The translations under genes and the position numbers were made by a program. Shown in pieces: positions 38,287-57,239 of a DNA stretch of 64,000 nt. The DNA comes from the human T2T-CHM13v2.0 reference genome, Homo sapiens. The stretch is from contig CP086569.2 in assembly GCA_009914755.4 (NCBI GenBank), positions 15,904,001 to 15,968,000 of the forward strand, in the 5' to 3' direction. The stretch's first letter is position 1. Each line of letters begins with the position of its first letter. Below the pieces are notes generated by a model. That model did no database searches. It saw only the letters and a program-made list of their open reading frames with translations, and was not told where the DNA came from.

Positions 38287-38356
38287 ATGTAAATAGTCTT
38301 AGAAATATTGTTTGTAATGCATGTAAATAGTCTTAGAAATATTGTTTGTAATGCAT
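38286..38356 (+). repeat. perfect 34-bp tandem duplication (x2)
   Basis: catgtaaatagtcttagaaatattgtttgtaatg repeated exactly twice, followed by catgtga. Confidence 0.9.
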
Positions 38357-40450
38357 GTGACTTGCCAATATTCTCAGTGGTGATTGTTAAAAATGGTGGC
38401 GTGCATGTTAAAGAGTCTTACCAAGGGAATTTTGTGAAACTAAACTTTGAAATTCTCTATCTCCTTGTAAAGTTTACGGACCAGATTTTGACTGAGCAAT
38501 TGAGTGAGTGTGAATCAGTCACCAGGTAACTTTTCTTTCACTGTATTTTACTTGGCTCTTTACCATATGAGCTGTTCCCTGGGCTCTTATCTCTGAAGCC
38601 AATTGCATGATCAGTGACTAAAAATATAATTTTATATAACTTTGATATTTGGAGACCATTTATTTACCAGTTTTCACCCCAAACAATGCTGATTATTTTC
38701 CTCTGTGAATTCTGAAATTTGCAATTTTTGTTAAAGAAACTGATGTTGAAATCAGAAAATGTATGCAATAAGTTAATCTTGGGCCTCCTTATAAGGAACA
38801 TTTTTAAATATGTGAATTATCAAATTAAAAAATAAAGCCCAAGATAATGATGTTTTAGAAATGTCCCAAAAACTGGCAACTTGATTTCAGTACAATGAAT
38901 GATACCTGAATATATGACAATAGGATCTCCTTTATTTCTCTTATCTCAAAGTTTAAATGTCTGCTCCTTTCATTATGAGTCTGATGGCTGACTTATGACT
39001 CTGTGCATGTGAAAATTACCATGCTCAGAATGTTTAGTTTTCAGTGACTAGGGCAGGTCATGCAAATAATAGTTCAGCTCAACATCCCAATTATGTCAAT
39101 ATGTTTACTTCTTTAAATTAATTACTTAAGGTTGCATCTGTTATAAACATAATATTTTAATTTTGTGATCATGAGAAGGGAGGCAGCTTTAATGTACACA
39201 AGCAATTTATAGGTTTATTATAATCTTTTCCCCACCTAAAAATGCATGGAATTGGTTAGGTACTTGTGAAGCATTCTAACCATCTGTAAATGAGTGCATA
39301 CATTGTATATATGATGGCTTTTTATTTGCTTTGGGTTTAATCTTGCTGATAATCCAGCTCAAAGGCAGTTATCTTTTTCCTACATAGTTTCTTTGAAATG
39401 GGTGCAGAAAAATCTTTTCACATATGTTCCTAAGTAGCAAATATTCACACACATCATCACGCATTTATTAAGCTTGATATTGTCTACATACAGGTTTCAT
39501 TTATGTCAATATGGGAAATTGCTCAGACGATTCCAACAGCTGTATAGAGTTCTTACACAGATCAGAAGGTCCGTAATCCATGATATTGAATAGTCTTACG
39601 GAGCCATGTTGGGAGAAACTAGTTGAACTTGAGACAAACATTATTCATCAGATTTAAACATGATGGTACAAAAATGGATCTGAAATGCATAAATCCCATT
39701 CTGGAGCCAAAAAGAAAAGAATATTTCAAATAGAAAATGGAGGAGAGAAGGTAGGATGTGAATTTGCTTTGCCTACATCTCCTTCTCAAGATACTGGCTT
39801 TAAAACCAGTGAGCCACTCTGAATCTTTGAAAGGAAAAGTCTAAGTTCCAGCACACTGAGATTGGCTGTTATAGATGTGTTTCTGATTTTGAGACTTTCC
39901 CATTTTAGGGAACCCTTAGATTAAGATGGGGGGAATCACTAAATGATTATTCTCACCTCCACTGTATACTGACTGCTCCTTAAGAAAGTGTCATTAGACT
40001 CCTAGGAGAAATCTTGTAGGGGAAAAGATGTTTCCTTCAATCTCATAGCATCAACTCTCTCATTTTTGAGAAACAAACCTGGGCTTAGATTAAGATTATG
40101 CCAAATTATAGGATTCAAGAAAAAGCTTATCATGCTCAACTATTGAATGACAGTATGTGACAGCCAACCAATTAAAGGTAATTTAGGAGAATAAAATATT
40201 TGGAGAGCTCTGGAGTAAGGACAGTCATTCCATTTATTAAATGGACGCATTTAATAAAAATGACCATAAGCCTGAAGTGACTAGGGTGGGGAAATGTCCT
40301 TGGTGAGAATAGAGTGAAGCATGAGCCATGCAACATGCTGGGATAGATGGTGCTGATGGAACATTTTGAGGAGACCTAAGCTGTTGGTGGAGGTGATAGG
40401 AGACCCAGGATAGCAGAAAGTATGGGATTTTGAACACACAGAAATGGTCC

Positions 40451-40820
40451 TGGTATGGTTTGACTGTGTCTCCACCCAAATCTCATCTTGAATTCTAGCT
40501 CCCATAATTCCCACGTGTTGTGGGAGGGACCCAGTGGGAGGCAACTGGATCTTGGGGGCAGGTCTTTCCCATGCCATTCTCATGATAATGAATATGTATC
40601 ACAAGATCTGATGGTCTTATAAAGGGGAGTTCTCATACACAGATTCTCTCTTGCCTGCTTCCAGGTAAGATGTGACTTTGCTCCTTATTTGCCTTCTGCT
40701 GCAATTATGAGGCTTCCCCAGCTATGTAGAGTTGTGAGTCAATTAAATCCCTTTCCTTTATAAATTATCCTGTCTCAGGTATGTCCTTATTAGCAGCATA
40801 AGAACAGAATAATACCAAAG
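40451..40820 (+). mobile_element. MaLR LTR (THE1/MST-type), forward orientation
   Basis: tggtatggtttgactgtgtctccacccaaatctcatcttgaattctagctcccataattcccacgtgttgtgggagggacccagtgggaggcaactggatcttgggggcaggtctttcccatgccattctcatgataatgaatatgtatcacaagatctgatggtcttataaaggggag...gaggcttccccagctatgtagagttgtgagtcaattaaatccctttcctttataaattatcctgtctcaggtatgtccttattagcagcataagaacag matches the THE1/MST LTR consensus almost end to end. Confidence 0.75.
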
Positions 40821-41608
40821 GTCTGTTCTGACTAGTAGAGAAAATTGACATAGCATCACAGAATGGTCCCAGACAGAGCTAGCAGTGTGTGTTTGCACCA
40901 AGAGCAGTACAAGCTACTCTTGGTAAGCTTCACGGGGACTGCTACCAGCCTAAATCCAAAAATCACAGTTAATAAGTCTGAGTGGATATAGAAGAGAGAT
41001 AACAGATTTGTGACTTGTTCAAATAACCACAAGGACATCTGTATCATAAATGAAAAATATAGCTGGATTCCCAGATGCTGACCTCCATGCAGGGAAAGGC
41101 TTAGTAGTTCAGGGAATCCCTAATTCCTTCATGGGCTTTGATAGCTTTTCAGGTACTGAGAGGGAAATCCCTAAAATACATGGATCTTATATGCTCTTGT
41201 GAAGAATGTTGGTTTCACAAGGCAGAAGGAAAAGAGAGAAAGAGCTAGTAGGAGAGCAACATATGAGGTTGCTTCTTTCTCTTATAGAAAATTTGTGGAT
41301 ATTATTTTCAACTCAGACCTACAATGTGCACCATCATCTTTCCTCATTACCTGCTACAGACCCACCAACCCACTCACTCCCACACACATATTTAAGGAAA
41401 AAAAAACAACAGATACTCTGTTGCTCCTAGGTACCTTCTTTCTTATTCAGAAATCCATGTATATTCCTGCATTTTGGAAGAGATCACCAAAGTGACCCAG
41501 TATGAATCTATCCATTTATGAGTCATGTTTCCATAACTCAAACAATTCAAAAGTTTTAAAACCCAGAGACTCAAACAATTAAAGCAAAAATATTTTTTTG
41601 ATTTTCAT

Positions 41609-42310
41609 TTTTTATTTTAGGTTCCAGGGTCCATGTGCAGGTTTGTTACATGAGTTTATTGTGTGATGATGAGGTTTGGGGTCCAAATGATCCCGCTGCC
41701 CAGGTGTTGAGCGTAGTAACCAAAAGAAAGTTTTTCAACCCCTGCTCTCCTCCCTCTTTCCCCCTCCAGTTGTTCCTACCTTCATGTTATGGGTACCCAA
41801 TGTCTAGCTCCCACTTATAAGTGAGACCATGTGGTATTTGCTTTTCTGTTCTTGCATTAATTCTCATAAGATAATGGCCTCCAGGTGCACCCATGTTGTT
41901 GCAAAGGACATGATTTCATTCTTTTTTTATGGCTGCCTAGTATTCCATGGTGTCCATGTACCACATTTTCTTATCCAGTCTACCGTTGATGGGTACCTAA
42001 GTTGATTCCATGTCTTTGCTATTGTGAGTATTGCTGTGATGAACATGCAAGTGAATGTGTCTTTTTGATAGAATAAGACACATTCTTTTTTTTTATTTTG
42101 TGTGTGTACCCAGTAATGGGATTACAGAGTCAAATGGTAGTTCTGTTTAAGTTTTTTGAGAAATTTCCAAACTGCTTTCTGCAGTGGCTGAGCTACTTTA
42201 CATTCCCACCAGTAGGGTGTAAGTGTTCCCTGTTCTCTAAATCCTCACCAACATCTGTGGTTTTTAGACTTTCTAGTAATACCTGTTATGACTGGTGTGA
42301 GATGAATTCT
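41609..42310 (-). mobile_element. older L1 (L1PB/L1MA-type) 3'-end fragment, reverse orientation
   Basis: ...ttttaggttccagggtccatgtgcaggtttgttacatgagtttattgtgtgatgatgaggtttggggtccaaatgatcccgctgcccaggtgttgagcgtagtaaccaa...ctagctcccacttataagtgagaccatgtggtatttgcttttctgttc...ataatggcctccaggtgcacccatgttgttgcaaaggacatgatttcattctttttttatggctgcctagtattccatggtgtccatgtaccacattttcttatccag... Confidence 0.65.
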
Positions 42311-44010
42311 TTTTTTAAAAGTATCTTTTCTCTTTCAAGTGCGAGATAGAAATTAACAGCAAATGCATATATACTTGGACAAAATAAGCCATGGGAAGAA
42401 CTTGTCACACTTGGTTATTTCCTGCTAGAATAAGTAGAATTTCTAAGCTAATTTGTGAAAGACATCAAGAAAAGACATTCCAACTCCCATTAGCATAACC
42501 AGGTTTTATAAAATCAATATTTTATTGTTAAATGTTGCTTTATTAGCTGCATTTCTTCCTAATTGCATACATTTAGAAATTTAGTTTAATTTGGCTCATC
42601 CAGAGGTTTTGTTAGTCTTTGCTTGGATGTGTTTGTTTATTTTAGCTATAACAATAATATAATCTCATAATAGAAAATTTAAAAACAAACTTACTTTGCA
42701 AATATTTTTATCTAGCTGACTATCACATATCTTTTTAGGGTTTTAAGTTGTGCAACTTAAATATGCTTCACTTTTCAATACTGTATTTTCCCTCAATATA
42801 CAACACTTCCCACATTTACAGATGTGCATTCCTCTTATCATTTCCATCGCTAGCCCATGAATTGTTTCTAACAGTAGGTAAGAATTAGACTATGTGCAAT
42901 ATTTTGACATGAACACATTTTTGCTACAAATTGTTCAGTATTTCAGAAGGAATACTTACTATGTCTACTCAGTAATGCAATTGTCAGATTAAAGGGTGTG
43001 AATAGTTTCTTGGCTTTTCCTTCAAATTTACAAACTGTTTTTGTCAAATCTGCACTAGTTTACTAGTTCCCAAATATGGCAGGAAGAGTTACCCAGTCCT
43101 CATGTCGGCAGAAATAATGAAATCTTCATGCAATTAATAGAAGAAATGGGGGAACATGGTTAAGTCTCAATGATTGTCCACTTGATGAACACTATTGCTT
43201 ATTAATACATAAGTTACTGTCTTGATATCTTAGTATTTTTTTCCAACAGAACTTCAAGGTGCTATTTATAAGATAACTTTATAACTTACTTTTTTTATAG
43301 TGTTATCCTTCCAACCTCCTATTTATTCTGTTTTACTTCTCATTTTTAATTGAATTAGAAAATATTTCAGTGTCTAAAACCCTGAAACCCATTCATACTT
43401 AATATATATGAATGCATGAACCCATAGTTATTTCAGACCCATGTTTTTTTAAATTATAGATAATATTTACATATTTTTATATGTGGATTCTTACTAATTT
43501 GAGAAACATTTAAACATAAAGAGTAAACATTATGGCACATAATAACACAATAGATTGTATTCTGTAAAGTGTGTTCAGCATTCACAAATCAATTAATATG
43601 ACCCAATATTTTAACATACAAAAAGGTTAATTGAGATATAATTAATAGAGGACCATATTCAAGGCCTTCAAAATAATTAATTTATAGATATACACATATA
43701 TGTTTATGTGTGTGACAACATCATGATGATAAAGATTATAAACACAGCCATCACCTCCAATTTTTTTCTGTGTTTTTGTCTGCCATGTCTATCAGACTTG
43801 AATCCCTTTCCCTAGGCAAACTACAATCTGTTCTCTGTCTCTGTAGATTAGTATGCATTTCCTATAATTTTGTATAAATTGAATCAGACAGTACTTACTC
43901 TCCCTCTCTTTCCTTGCAATCTGACATTTTTTCACTGAGCATAATTATTTTAACACTCAACTTTTTGCAGGTATCAATACCTTATTTCTTCTTATTGCTA
44001 AGTAGTATTT

Positions 44011-46084
<2,074 letters not shown>

Positions 46085-46683
46085 TCTCTGAATAGACCAA
46101 TAACAGGCTCTGAAATTGTGGCAATAATTAATAGCTTACCAACCAAAAAATGTCCAGCACCAGATGGATTCACAGCTGAATTCTACCAGAGGTTCAAGGA
46201 GGAGCTGGTACCATTCCTTCTGAAACTATTCCAATCAACAGAAAAAGAGGGAATCCTCCCTAACTCATTTTATGAGGCCAGCATCATCCTGATACCAAAG
46301 CCTGTCAGAGACGCAACAAAAAAAGAGAATTTTAGACCAATATCCCTGATGAACATCGATGCAAAAATCCCCAATAAAATACTGGCAAACCAAATCCAGG
46401 AGCACATCAAAAAGCTTATCCACCGTGATCAAGTGGACTTCATCCCTGGGATGCAAGGCTGGTTCAACATATGCAAACCAATAAATGTAATCCAGCATAT
46501 AAACAGAACCAATGTCAAAAACCACCTTATTATCTCAATAGATGCAAAAAAGTCCTTTGACTAAATTCAACGACACTTCATGCTAAAAACTCTCAATAAA
46601 GTAGGTATTGATGGGACGTATCTCAAAATAATAAGAGTTATCTATGACAAACCACAGCCAATATCATACTGAATGGGCAAAAG
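46085..46683 (+). mobile_element. inverted segment of the same L1: ORF2 about aa 425-640 on the opposite strand
   Basis: tctgaatagaccaataacaggctctgaaattgtggcaataattaatagcttaccaaccaaaaaatgtccagcaccagatggattcacagctgaattctaccagagg... ORF 46118-46564 carries [36 protein letters not shown]...[23 protein letters not shown] and ends ...tatctatgacaaaccacagccaatatcatactgaatgggcaaaag (…ANIILNGQK). Confidence 0.85.
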
Positions 46684-47928
46684 AAATTTTTTATTAGTCC
46701 TAGATCACATTTATTTTTTCCTATGTTTCTTGTAGAAGTATTAAAGGTTTACATTTTAAATAAATGTGTAGATGTAGGCCAATCGTTCATTTTGAGTTAG
46801 TTTTTTATGATGCAAGTTATATATGTATTTTTTTGTTTGCATATGGACATCTGATTATTCTAGCATCATGTGTTTAAAATAAACATTCTCCACAAAATTG
46901 TCAGAAATCATTTGTCTATACATGCACGTGTCTATTTCTGGATATGGTATTGTGTTCCCTTGACTTCTTTGTCTATGTTGGTGGACAATAGCATACTGTT
47001 TGATTACATCACCTTTATAATAAAAAACTTGAAATCAGGTAAAGTACATTCTCCAACTTTATTCTCCATTTTTAAAGTCAATTTGGCCAGTCAAGATTCT
47101 TGGCATGTCTATGTTCATTTCCAGTTCAGCTTGTCAGTGTTCCACCCCAAAAAGCTTGCTGTGAATTTGATTGCTATTTTGTGAAATGCCTTGGCACATT
47201 TGAGGTTAATGCACATATTAACAATAACAAGTGCTGTGTTCTGACTTTTAATACTGTATATTTCTTGGCAATGTGCTTGGGTTTACCATGCACAGGTCTT
47301 TAATATCTTTTGTAAGATTCACCCTGTAAATATTCTGTGTATTTCTTATTGTGTAAAAAGCTATCTAATTTTTATTTTAGTTTTGATTCCTATAGCTAGT
47401 GTAAAACAGTACAATTGATTTCTGTATATTGATTATATCTTGTGCAATCTTTTCTTACCAGATAGTATTAATTGATTGTTAATGAGTTATTAATCCATTA
47501 TTCATTCATTTTAATGAATTATTAGTTCATTGTGAATTTTACCTTGTTGGGTGCTTGAAATGTTCACATTCCCATAACTGCCTTTGACATTCGTTCTGAG
47601 ATAAATTTAAATTACTTGGGCACAATTTGATTCTGAGTTTTAAGGTCTTATTTAAATCTTAGCTTACATCTTACTTTCAAGATTTACTAGATTGGACTGA
47701 AACCATTCTCAGAAAAGGGCTAATTAATGATCCCTTCCTGAGGCACCATCATTCTGTGCACTTTACCTAATGCCCCATGTTTCATGCAATTCTCTAGTCA
47801 GGCTGTTTGGAACAGAAATTATTTTGGCCCTGACTGATCTTTGGGAAATGTTCATTTTCATCTTCTTAGGTGGTTTGTTGACTTACCTGGTGTGATTTTC
47901 TATAGATTTGTGCTAAAGTTGTTAGGTG

Positions 47929-48567
47929 GTTATATGCTTTGGCTACATCCTGACCCAAATTCCATCTTGAATTGTTGCTCCCATAATGTCCACATGTATC
48001 GCAAGGACAAAAAACCAAACACCGCATATTCTCACTCATAGGTGGGAATTGAACAATGAGAACACATGGACACAGGAAGGGGGACATCACACACCGGGAT
48101 GTGTTGTGGGGTAGGGGGAGAGGGAAGGGATAGCATTAGGAGATATACCTAATGTTAAATGACAAGTTAATGGGTGCAGCACATCAACGTGCACATGTAT
48201 ACATATGGAACCAACCTGCACGTTGTGCACATGTAACCTAAAACTTAAGGTATTAAAAAAAAAATCTCCACATGTTATGGGAGGAACCCAGTGAGAGATA
48301 ATTGAATCATGGGGTCAGGTCTTTCCCATGTTGTTCTCATGATAGTGACTAAGTCTCATGAGATCTGATGGTTTTATAAAGGAGAATATTTCTGCATGCA
48401 TGCTTTTTGCCTGCCATTTAAGGTATGCCTTTGCTTCTCTTTTGCCTTCTGCCATGATTGTGAGGTCTCTCCAACTGTGTGGAACTGTGAGTCCATTAAA
48501 CCTCTTTCTTTTATAAATACCCAGTCTTGGGTCTTTATTAGCAGTGTGAGAATGAAATAATACAGGT
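47929..48567 (+). mobile_element. MaLR LTR (THE1/MST-type) interrupted by an L1 3'-end insertion
   Basis: ggttatatgctttggctacatcctgacccaaattccatcttgaattgttgctcccataatgtccacatgt | L1 | tctccacatgttatgggaggaacccagtgagagataattgaatcatggggtcaggtctttcccatgttgttctcatgatagtgactaagtctcatgagatctgatggttttataaaggag...gtgaggtctctccaactgtgtggaactgtgagtccattaaacctctttcttttataaatacccagtcttgggtctttattagcagtgtgagaatgaaataatacagg. Confidence 0.8.
47999..48265 (+). mobile_element. L1 3'-terminal fragment (~270 bp plus A-tail) nested in the MaLR LTR, with target-site duplication
   Basis: tcgcaaggacaaaaaaccaaacaccgcatattctcactcataggtgggaattgaacaatgagaacacatggacacaggaagggg...ggtgcagcacatcaacgtgcacatgtatacatatggaaccaacctgcacgttgtgcacatgtaacctaaaacttaaggtattaaaaaaaaaa. 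The flanking direct repeat is aatgtccacatgt (left) and aatctccacatgt (right). Confidence 0.85.
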
Positions 48568-48964
48568 GATTATTTCCCCATCCTTGTGTAGGTTCCTCAT
48601 ACCTATGCAGTGATACACACTCAGAGGAAAACTTCAGCAGTTTTCTCCGCAGATCTCCATTCTCATCTGGGTGAAGCTACCTCTCTCCTTGTACTCTGCC
48701 CTGAGAGACCTAGCAGCCTTGTTTTCCCAAGACTCAAAGACTTTTGAGCTCAACCTGGCTTCTCCCTTTATAAGTCAGGCCTGGGAAACACTTTCAAGCC
48801 AATAAGCTGGGGCAATACTACATCTCATCTTGTTTCCCTCTTGCCAAGATCACTATTCTTAAGCACTATTTCTTGCTTTTCATTTTCTTAAAAGTTGTCA
48901 GTTTCTTACATTTTCTCCATTTTTGGCTGATTCCAGGACAGCAAAATAGGTCCCTTTTAGATAG

Positions 48965-49296
<332 letters not shown>

Positions 49297-49636
49297 CTCA
49301 TTTTTTTCAAATTTTTTATTTTGACATATTTGTAGATTCATATACAGTTGTAAGAAATAATACAGAGAAATCCCATATACCCATCACCCAGTTTTCACTG
49401 ATGGTAACATCTTGCAAAACTATGATACAAAATTACAACCAATATATTGACATTGATACAATTAAGATAGAGAACATTTCTGCTACACAAAGATACTTCA
49501 TGTTGCACTTTGATAACCACCTTGTCTTCCCTCCCATCTACACCCCTTACTCATAGCAACCACTGGCCTGTTTTCTATTTCTACATTTTTTTGTCATTTT
49601 AAGAATCTTATATAAAAGGAAAGATACAATATATAA

Positions 49637-49896
<260 letters not shown>

Positions 49897-50469
49897 TCCT
49901 CCCGAGAACTGACTTTTTACGTTCAGCATAACTATCAGGAGGTTCATTCAGGTTGTTTATGTATCAATTTTCATTATTTTTTATTAATGAGTAGTATTCC
50001 GTGACAGAGATGTACCACAGCTGGTTTAATCATTTACCCACTGAAAAACAATTGGGTTGTTTCCAGGTTGAGGCTATTACAAATAAAATCTCTATAAACA
50101 TTTGCATACAGGATTTTCGTGAACGTAAGTCTGCATTTCTCTGGGATAAATGCCTAAAAGTGTTATTGCTGGATCATAAAGTAGTTGCACCATAGATTTT
50201 TTAAAAAACTGCTAGTCTATTTCCTAGAGTAGCTGTCCCATTTCACATTCTTTTTTTTTCATTTTTTTATTATTTATGTATTTATTTATTTTTATTATAC
50301 TTTAAGTTCTAGGGTACATGTGCACAATGTGCAGGTTTGTTACATATATATACGTGTGCCATGTTGGTGTGCTGCACCCCTTAACTTGTCATTTATGTTA
50401 GGTATATCTCCTAATGCTATCCCTCCCCACTCCCCCCACCCCACAACAGACCCCGATGTGTGATGTTTC

Positions 50470-54283
<3,814 letters not shown>

Positions 54284-54507
54284 TATGATGTTAGCTGGTT
54301 ATTTTGCTCGTTAGTTGATGCAGTTTCTTCCTAGCCTCGATGGTCTTTAAATTTTGGCATGATTTTGCAGTGGCTGCTACCGGTTGTTCCTTTCCATGTT
54401 TAGTGCTTCCTTCAGGAGCTCTTTTAAGGCAGTCCTGATGGTGACTGGTGACAAAATCTCTCAGCATTTGCTTTCTGTAAATTATTTTATTTCTCCTTCA
54501 CTTATGA

Positions 54508-55376
54508 AGCTTAGTTTGGCTGGATATGAAATTCTGGTTGGAAATTCTTTTCTTTAAGAATGTTGAATATTGGCCCCCACTCTCTTCTGGCTTGAAGAGT
54601 TTCTGCCAAGAGATCCACTGTTAGTCTGATGGGCTTCCCTTTGTGGTTAACCTGACCTTTCTCTCTGGCTACCCTTAACATTTTTTCCTTCATTTCAACT
54701 TTGGTGAATCTGACAATTATGTGTCTTGGAGTTGCTCTTCTCGAGGAGTATCTTTGTGGCATTCTCTGTATTTCCTGAATCTGAATGTTGGCCTGCCTTG
54801 CTAGATTGGGGAAGTTCTCCTGCATAATATCCTGCAGAGTGTTTCCCAACTTGGTTCCATTCTGCCCGTCACTTTCAGGTACACCAATCAGATGTAGATT
54901 TGGTCTTTTCACATAGTCCCATATTTTTTGGAGGCTTTGTTCGTTTCTTTTTTTTCTTTTTTCCCTAAACTTCCCTTCTTGCTTCATTTCATTCATTTGA
55001 TCTTCCATCACTGATACCCTTTCTTCCAGTTGATCGCATCGGCTCCTGAGGCTTCTGCATTCTTCCTGTAGTTCTCGAGCCTTGGCTTTCAGCTCCATCA
55101 GCTCCTTTAAGCACTTCTCTGTATTGGTTATTCTAGTTATACATTCTTCTAAATTTTTTTCAAAGTTTTCAACTTCTTTACCTTTCGTTTGAATTTCCTC
55201 CTGTAGCTTGGAGTAGTTTGATTGTCTGAAGCCTTCTCTCAACTCGTCAAAGTCATTCTCTGTCCAGCTTTGTTCCACTGCTGGTGAGGAACTGCGTTCC
55301 TTTGGAGGAGGAGAGGCTCTCTGCTTTTTAGAGTTTCCAGTTTTCCTGCTCTGTTTTTTTCCCCATCTTTGTGGTT
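54508..55376 (-). pseudogene. L1 ORF1 with an N-terminal frameshift (255-aa ORF from an internal Met)
   Basis: The canonical start atggggaaaaaaacagagcagg (reverse complement of ~55355-55376) has a 1-bp A insertion relative to the L1 start atggggaaaaaacag, giving an early stop. The downstream ORF 54511-55278 is MEQSWTENDFDELREGFRQSNYSKLQEEIQTKGKEVENFEKNLEE...KRPNLHLIGVPESDGQNGTKLGNTLQDIMQENFPNLARQANIQIQEIQRMPQRYSSRRATPRHIIVRFTKVEMKEKMLRVAREKGQVNHKGKPIRLTVDLLAETLQARREWGPIFNILKEKNFQP. Confidence 0.85.
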
Positions 55377-56306
55377 TTATCTACATTTGGTCTTTGATGA
55401 TGGTGATGTACAGATGGGTTTTTGGTTTGGATGTCCTTTCTGTTTGTTAGTTTTCCTTCTGACAGGACCCTCAGCTGCAGGTCTGTTGGAATTTGTTAGA
55501 GGTCCACTGCAGACCCTGTTTGCCTCAGAGGAGTACCCTGCTGTGTGAGGTGTCAGTCTGCCCCTACTGGGGGGTGCCTCCCAGTTAGGCTGCTCGGGGG
55601 TCAGGGATCAGGGACCCACTTGAGGAGGCAGTCTGCCCTTTCTCAGATCTCCAGCTGCGTTTTGGGAGAACCACTGCTTTCTTCAAAGCTGTCAGCCAGG
55701 CAAATTTAATTCTGCGGAGGTTACTGCTGTCTTTTTGTTTGTCTGTGCCCTGCCCGCAGAGGTGGAGCCTACAGAGGCAGGCAGGCCTCCTTGTGCTGTG
55801 GTGGGCTCCACCCAGTTGGAGCTTCGGGGCTGCTTTGTTTAACTAAGCAAGCCTGGGCAATGGCGGGCGCCCTTCCCCCAGCCTCGCTGCCACCTTGCAG
55901 TTTGATCTCAGACTGCTGTGCAAGGAATCAGGGAGACTCCATGGGTGCAAGACCCTCCGAACCAGTTGCAGGATATAATTTCCTGCTGCGCCGTTTTTTA
56001 AGCCCGTCAGATAAGCGAAGTATTAGGGTGGGAGTGACCCAATTTTCCAGGTGCCCTCTGTCACTCCTTTCTTTGACTAGGAAAGGGAACTCCCTGACCA
56101 CTTGTGCTTCCCGAGTGAGGCAATGTCTCACCCTGCTTCAGCTCGCACAGGGTGCACTGCATCCACTGTCCTGCGCCCACTGTCTGGCACTCCCTAGTGA
56201 GATGAACCCTGTACCTCAGATGGAAATGCAGAAATCACCCGTCTTCTGTATCGCTCACGCTGGGAGCTGTAGACCAGAGCTGTTCCTATTCGGCCATCTT
56301 GGCTGC
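55377..56306 (-). promoter_or_regulatory. L1 5' UTR (~930 bp) carrying the family's internal sense promoter and antisense-promoter region (activity here unknown)
   Basis: The sequence aligns to the L1PA 5' UTR from the ggcagccaagatggccgaatagg start (the YY1-site region) to the ORF1 ATG, and is relatively CpG-rich compared with the rest of the window. Confidence 0.5.
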
Positions 56307-57239
56307 CAGTAGCAAAATATATTTATTTAAAATATTGTTTTAACCTAAGCCATGCGGAATCACTCTGGATTTCTCATTGATGAGCAATTTTTTACACATA
56401 TTGCCAGTTATATTAGAGTTCAGCATTATGGCAATTATGTCTAGATAAAAATTCACAAACCTTTATGTCCCAGAGTTACTAATTCTTCATACTAAAGCAA
56501 GTTATAGGTGTATTTTCTAGCTTAACAACAAAGCTACAGTTGCAAAAATAACAAGAACAACAAAAATATTAAGGCAGAATGAGGACTTGGGAAAAAATTC
56601 TCTGAATTGGATACAAATCAAAGCCACAAGAAATGCAATAAATAGAAGCAAACAAAAACAAGAACTAAATGTATAATCTTAGCTTAAAGAACATCTTTGC
56701 TTGGGAAACACATGTATGCATGACAATGAAGTAGGCATACTCTGAACATTTTCAATAAGATGTTAATGCCTTCTTTTTCCAAATGAATGAATCAATTTCA
56801 TATTTCTTGTCTTTCAACTGATTCAGTATAGGTATTGTAGGAGCTTTCTATTTCCACACCTGGTATATTTTTTCACAACAAATTTATCTTTGTCTATAAT
56901 ATTTATAAACATTTTTATCATCCTCATAAATTTATCTCTATTATCTTTATAAATTCATCTTCATAAAGCATTCCACACCACTGACACAGAAAAAGGGGAA
57001 ATAAGACAGAGATTTTATTACAAAGAAAGGAGCTAGAAAGGCTGGAAAACTCCAACATCCAGAAACAATGTGGCAATGAGGAAAATGGTAAGGAAACAGA
57101 CATATTTGCAAGGATGCTTTAAAAATGGGAGGCTGTGATATCACAGTTATGTTGACAATTACTCCAGAATAATCATATTCCCATTGGCCATGTTGTGCCT
57201 TTTAATTTCAGTGGACAGAAAGCATACATTTTAATTTTT

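Noticed and set aside
38012-38330. 94-aa and 101-aa (+) and 80-aa (-) ORFs (F/L/S-rich, and K/E/R-rich)
   Set aside because: They are translations of the (CTTT)n polypyrimidine tract and its complement.
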